Origin: Polyangiales bacterium | GTDB taxonomy: Bacteria > Myxococcota_A > Polyangia > Polyangiales > Houyiibacteriaceae | DNA: 64,000 nt | Assembly (NCBI GenBank): GCA_041576815.1 | Contig: JBFGKE010000007.1 | Coordinates: 43,311-107,310 of the forward strand | Reading direction: 5' to 3' | Part shown: piece after piece, positions 63,243-64,000 of the stretch | Layout of the letters: each line of letters begins with the position of its first letter | How positions within the stretch are numbered: the stretch's first letter is position 1 | Notes under the pieces: generated by a model | Databases searched by the model: none | What the model saw: the letters and a program-made list of their open reading frames with translations, nothing else | What the model was told of the DNA's origin: nothing | Made by a program: the position numbers and the translations under genes

Positions 63243-64000
63243 TCAGTCGTTTGGGGCGCCGGCGTCGATCCACTGCTCGATGATTTCGATCACCGGGGTG
63301 GGAATCGTTTGCGTCCCGCCGCCGAGAGGCATTTCGCCGCCGCAGGTCTGAACCGCGCGCATCTTTTGGATCATCAACGAACCCGCGGCGTCGTTTGGCA
63401 CGACGTTCACACCTTCCCCAAAGCACTCCCCCGCCATCGACGCGGGCACGCCGACCAGAGCCGAATGAGCCTCGAATGCCCAGTTGGACGTATCGGTGGT
63501 GTCCGCACCAGTGAGGTTGAGGGCAGCCAGCCCCTGCGGGCTCGCGCCGCCGGGAATACGACCGTCTTCGTTCGGGTTGTCGGGATTTTGGTCGATGTTG
63601 CCGTTGGCGGGCCCGTGGCAGAGCACACAGGTCGGGAACATGACGGTCCAGTAAATCGAGCTCCAAGTCGGGTCTGGCAGCGCCCCCTGAGGACCGGAGT
63701 AAATGCAGATCTCGCCGTCGAGCGATTCGCATGGCGTCAGCTCCAAGTTGGCACTCGGGGCAAGCTCGGTCCGCGCCACCACCGGAGCACCGCAGGCGAG
63801 CCAGTTGCGCACCACGTTCTTCCCCTGCGACGTGTCGAGGCGCGGAAGCTCCGTGCTGTCCTCGCGAATGAACGAGGTGTCATCCTGCACGCGTCTTCCC
63901 GCCGCGCCGGGCGGCATGGTGCCTTCCGAGATCTGGAAATGGATCTCCTCGGCCCATGCTTCGACGCTGCCGCGGTTTTGGTCGAGGCGGCGCAATCGCT
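63243..64000 (-). CDS. Secreted c-type cytochrome-domain protein (PSCyt1-like), 5' end beyond window
   Basis: Single CxxCH heme motif CVLCH (63615-63629). C-terminal ..GGEMPLGG...IEIIEQWIDAGAP. The frame stays open to nt 64000. Confidence 0.6.
   Translation of the reverse strand, partial: RLRRLDQNRGSVEAWAEEIHFQISEGTMPPGAAGRRVQDDTSFIREDSTELPRLDTSQGKNVVRNWLACGAPVVARTELAPSANLELTPCESLDGEICIYSGPQGALPDPTWSSIYWTVMFPTCVLCHGPANGNIDQNPDNPNEDGRIPGGASPQGLAALNLTGADTTDTSNWAFEAHSALVGVPASMAGECFGEGVNVVPNDAAGSLMIQKMRAVQTCGGEMPLGGGTQTIPTPVIEIIEQWIDAGAPND

Overview
GC-rich, densely packed bacterial chromosome segment of about 60 protein-coding genes. I recognised no rRNA, tRNA, CRISPR array, transposase or integrase. 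Gene content points to a myxobacterium (inference): three C-terminal Cys + TM helix + Arg-cluster tails of the MYXO-CTERM type, a myxobacterial-type RelA/SpoT-fold protein, many lipoproteins, and multiple ExbB/ExbD sets. Housekeeping and lipid metabolism genes (fadJ-like, thiolase, acyl-CoA ligase, pyruvate kinase, E2 acyltransferase, two peroxiredoxins, arfB) sit among accessory-looking modules. The items most worth follow-up are: (1) a Lon homologue whose catalytic Ser is Ala, adjacent to a polytopic HExxH/TPR membrane protein; (2) a receiver domain lacking the phospho-acceptor Asp, heading an S55-peptidase / propeller / lipoprotein operon; (3) a RelA/SpoT-fold gene preceded by an unlisted, tightly coupled 49-aa membrane ORF; (4) two head-to-head exbB-exbD-exbD triads with no TonB, one followed by a novel anchored protein; (5) an ERG4/ERG24 (DHCR7-like) sterol-reductase operon, with a KshA/KshB-like Rieske oxygenase system about 7 kb away; (6) a dispersed palindromic element, GGGGAC-N-GTCCCC with A/T flanks, in six copies at three loci. 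One locus is a 33-bp x3 tandem array and another is a 51-nt in-frame block inside a lipoprotein signal peptide. All calls rest on motif reading of the supplied translations and DNA. No database search was run. Many long ORFs in the track are antisense shadow ORFs typical of high-GC DNA and were discarded.
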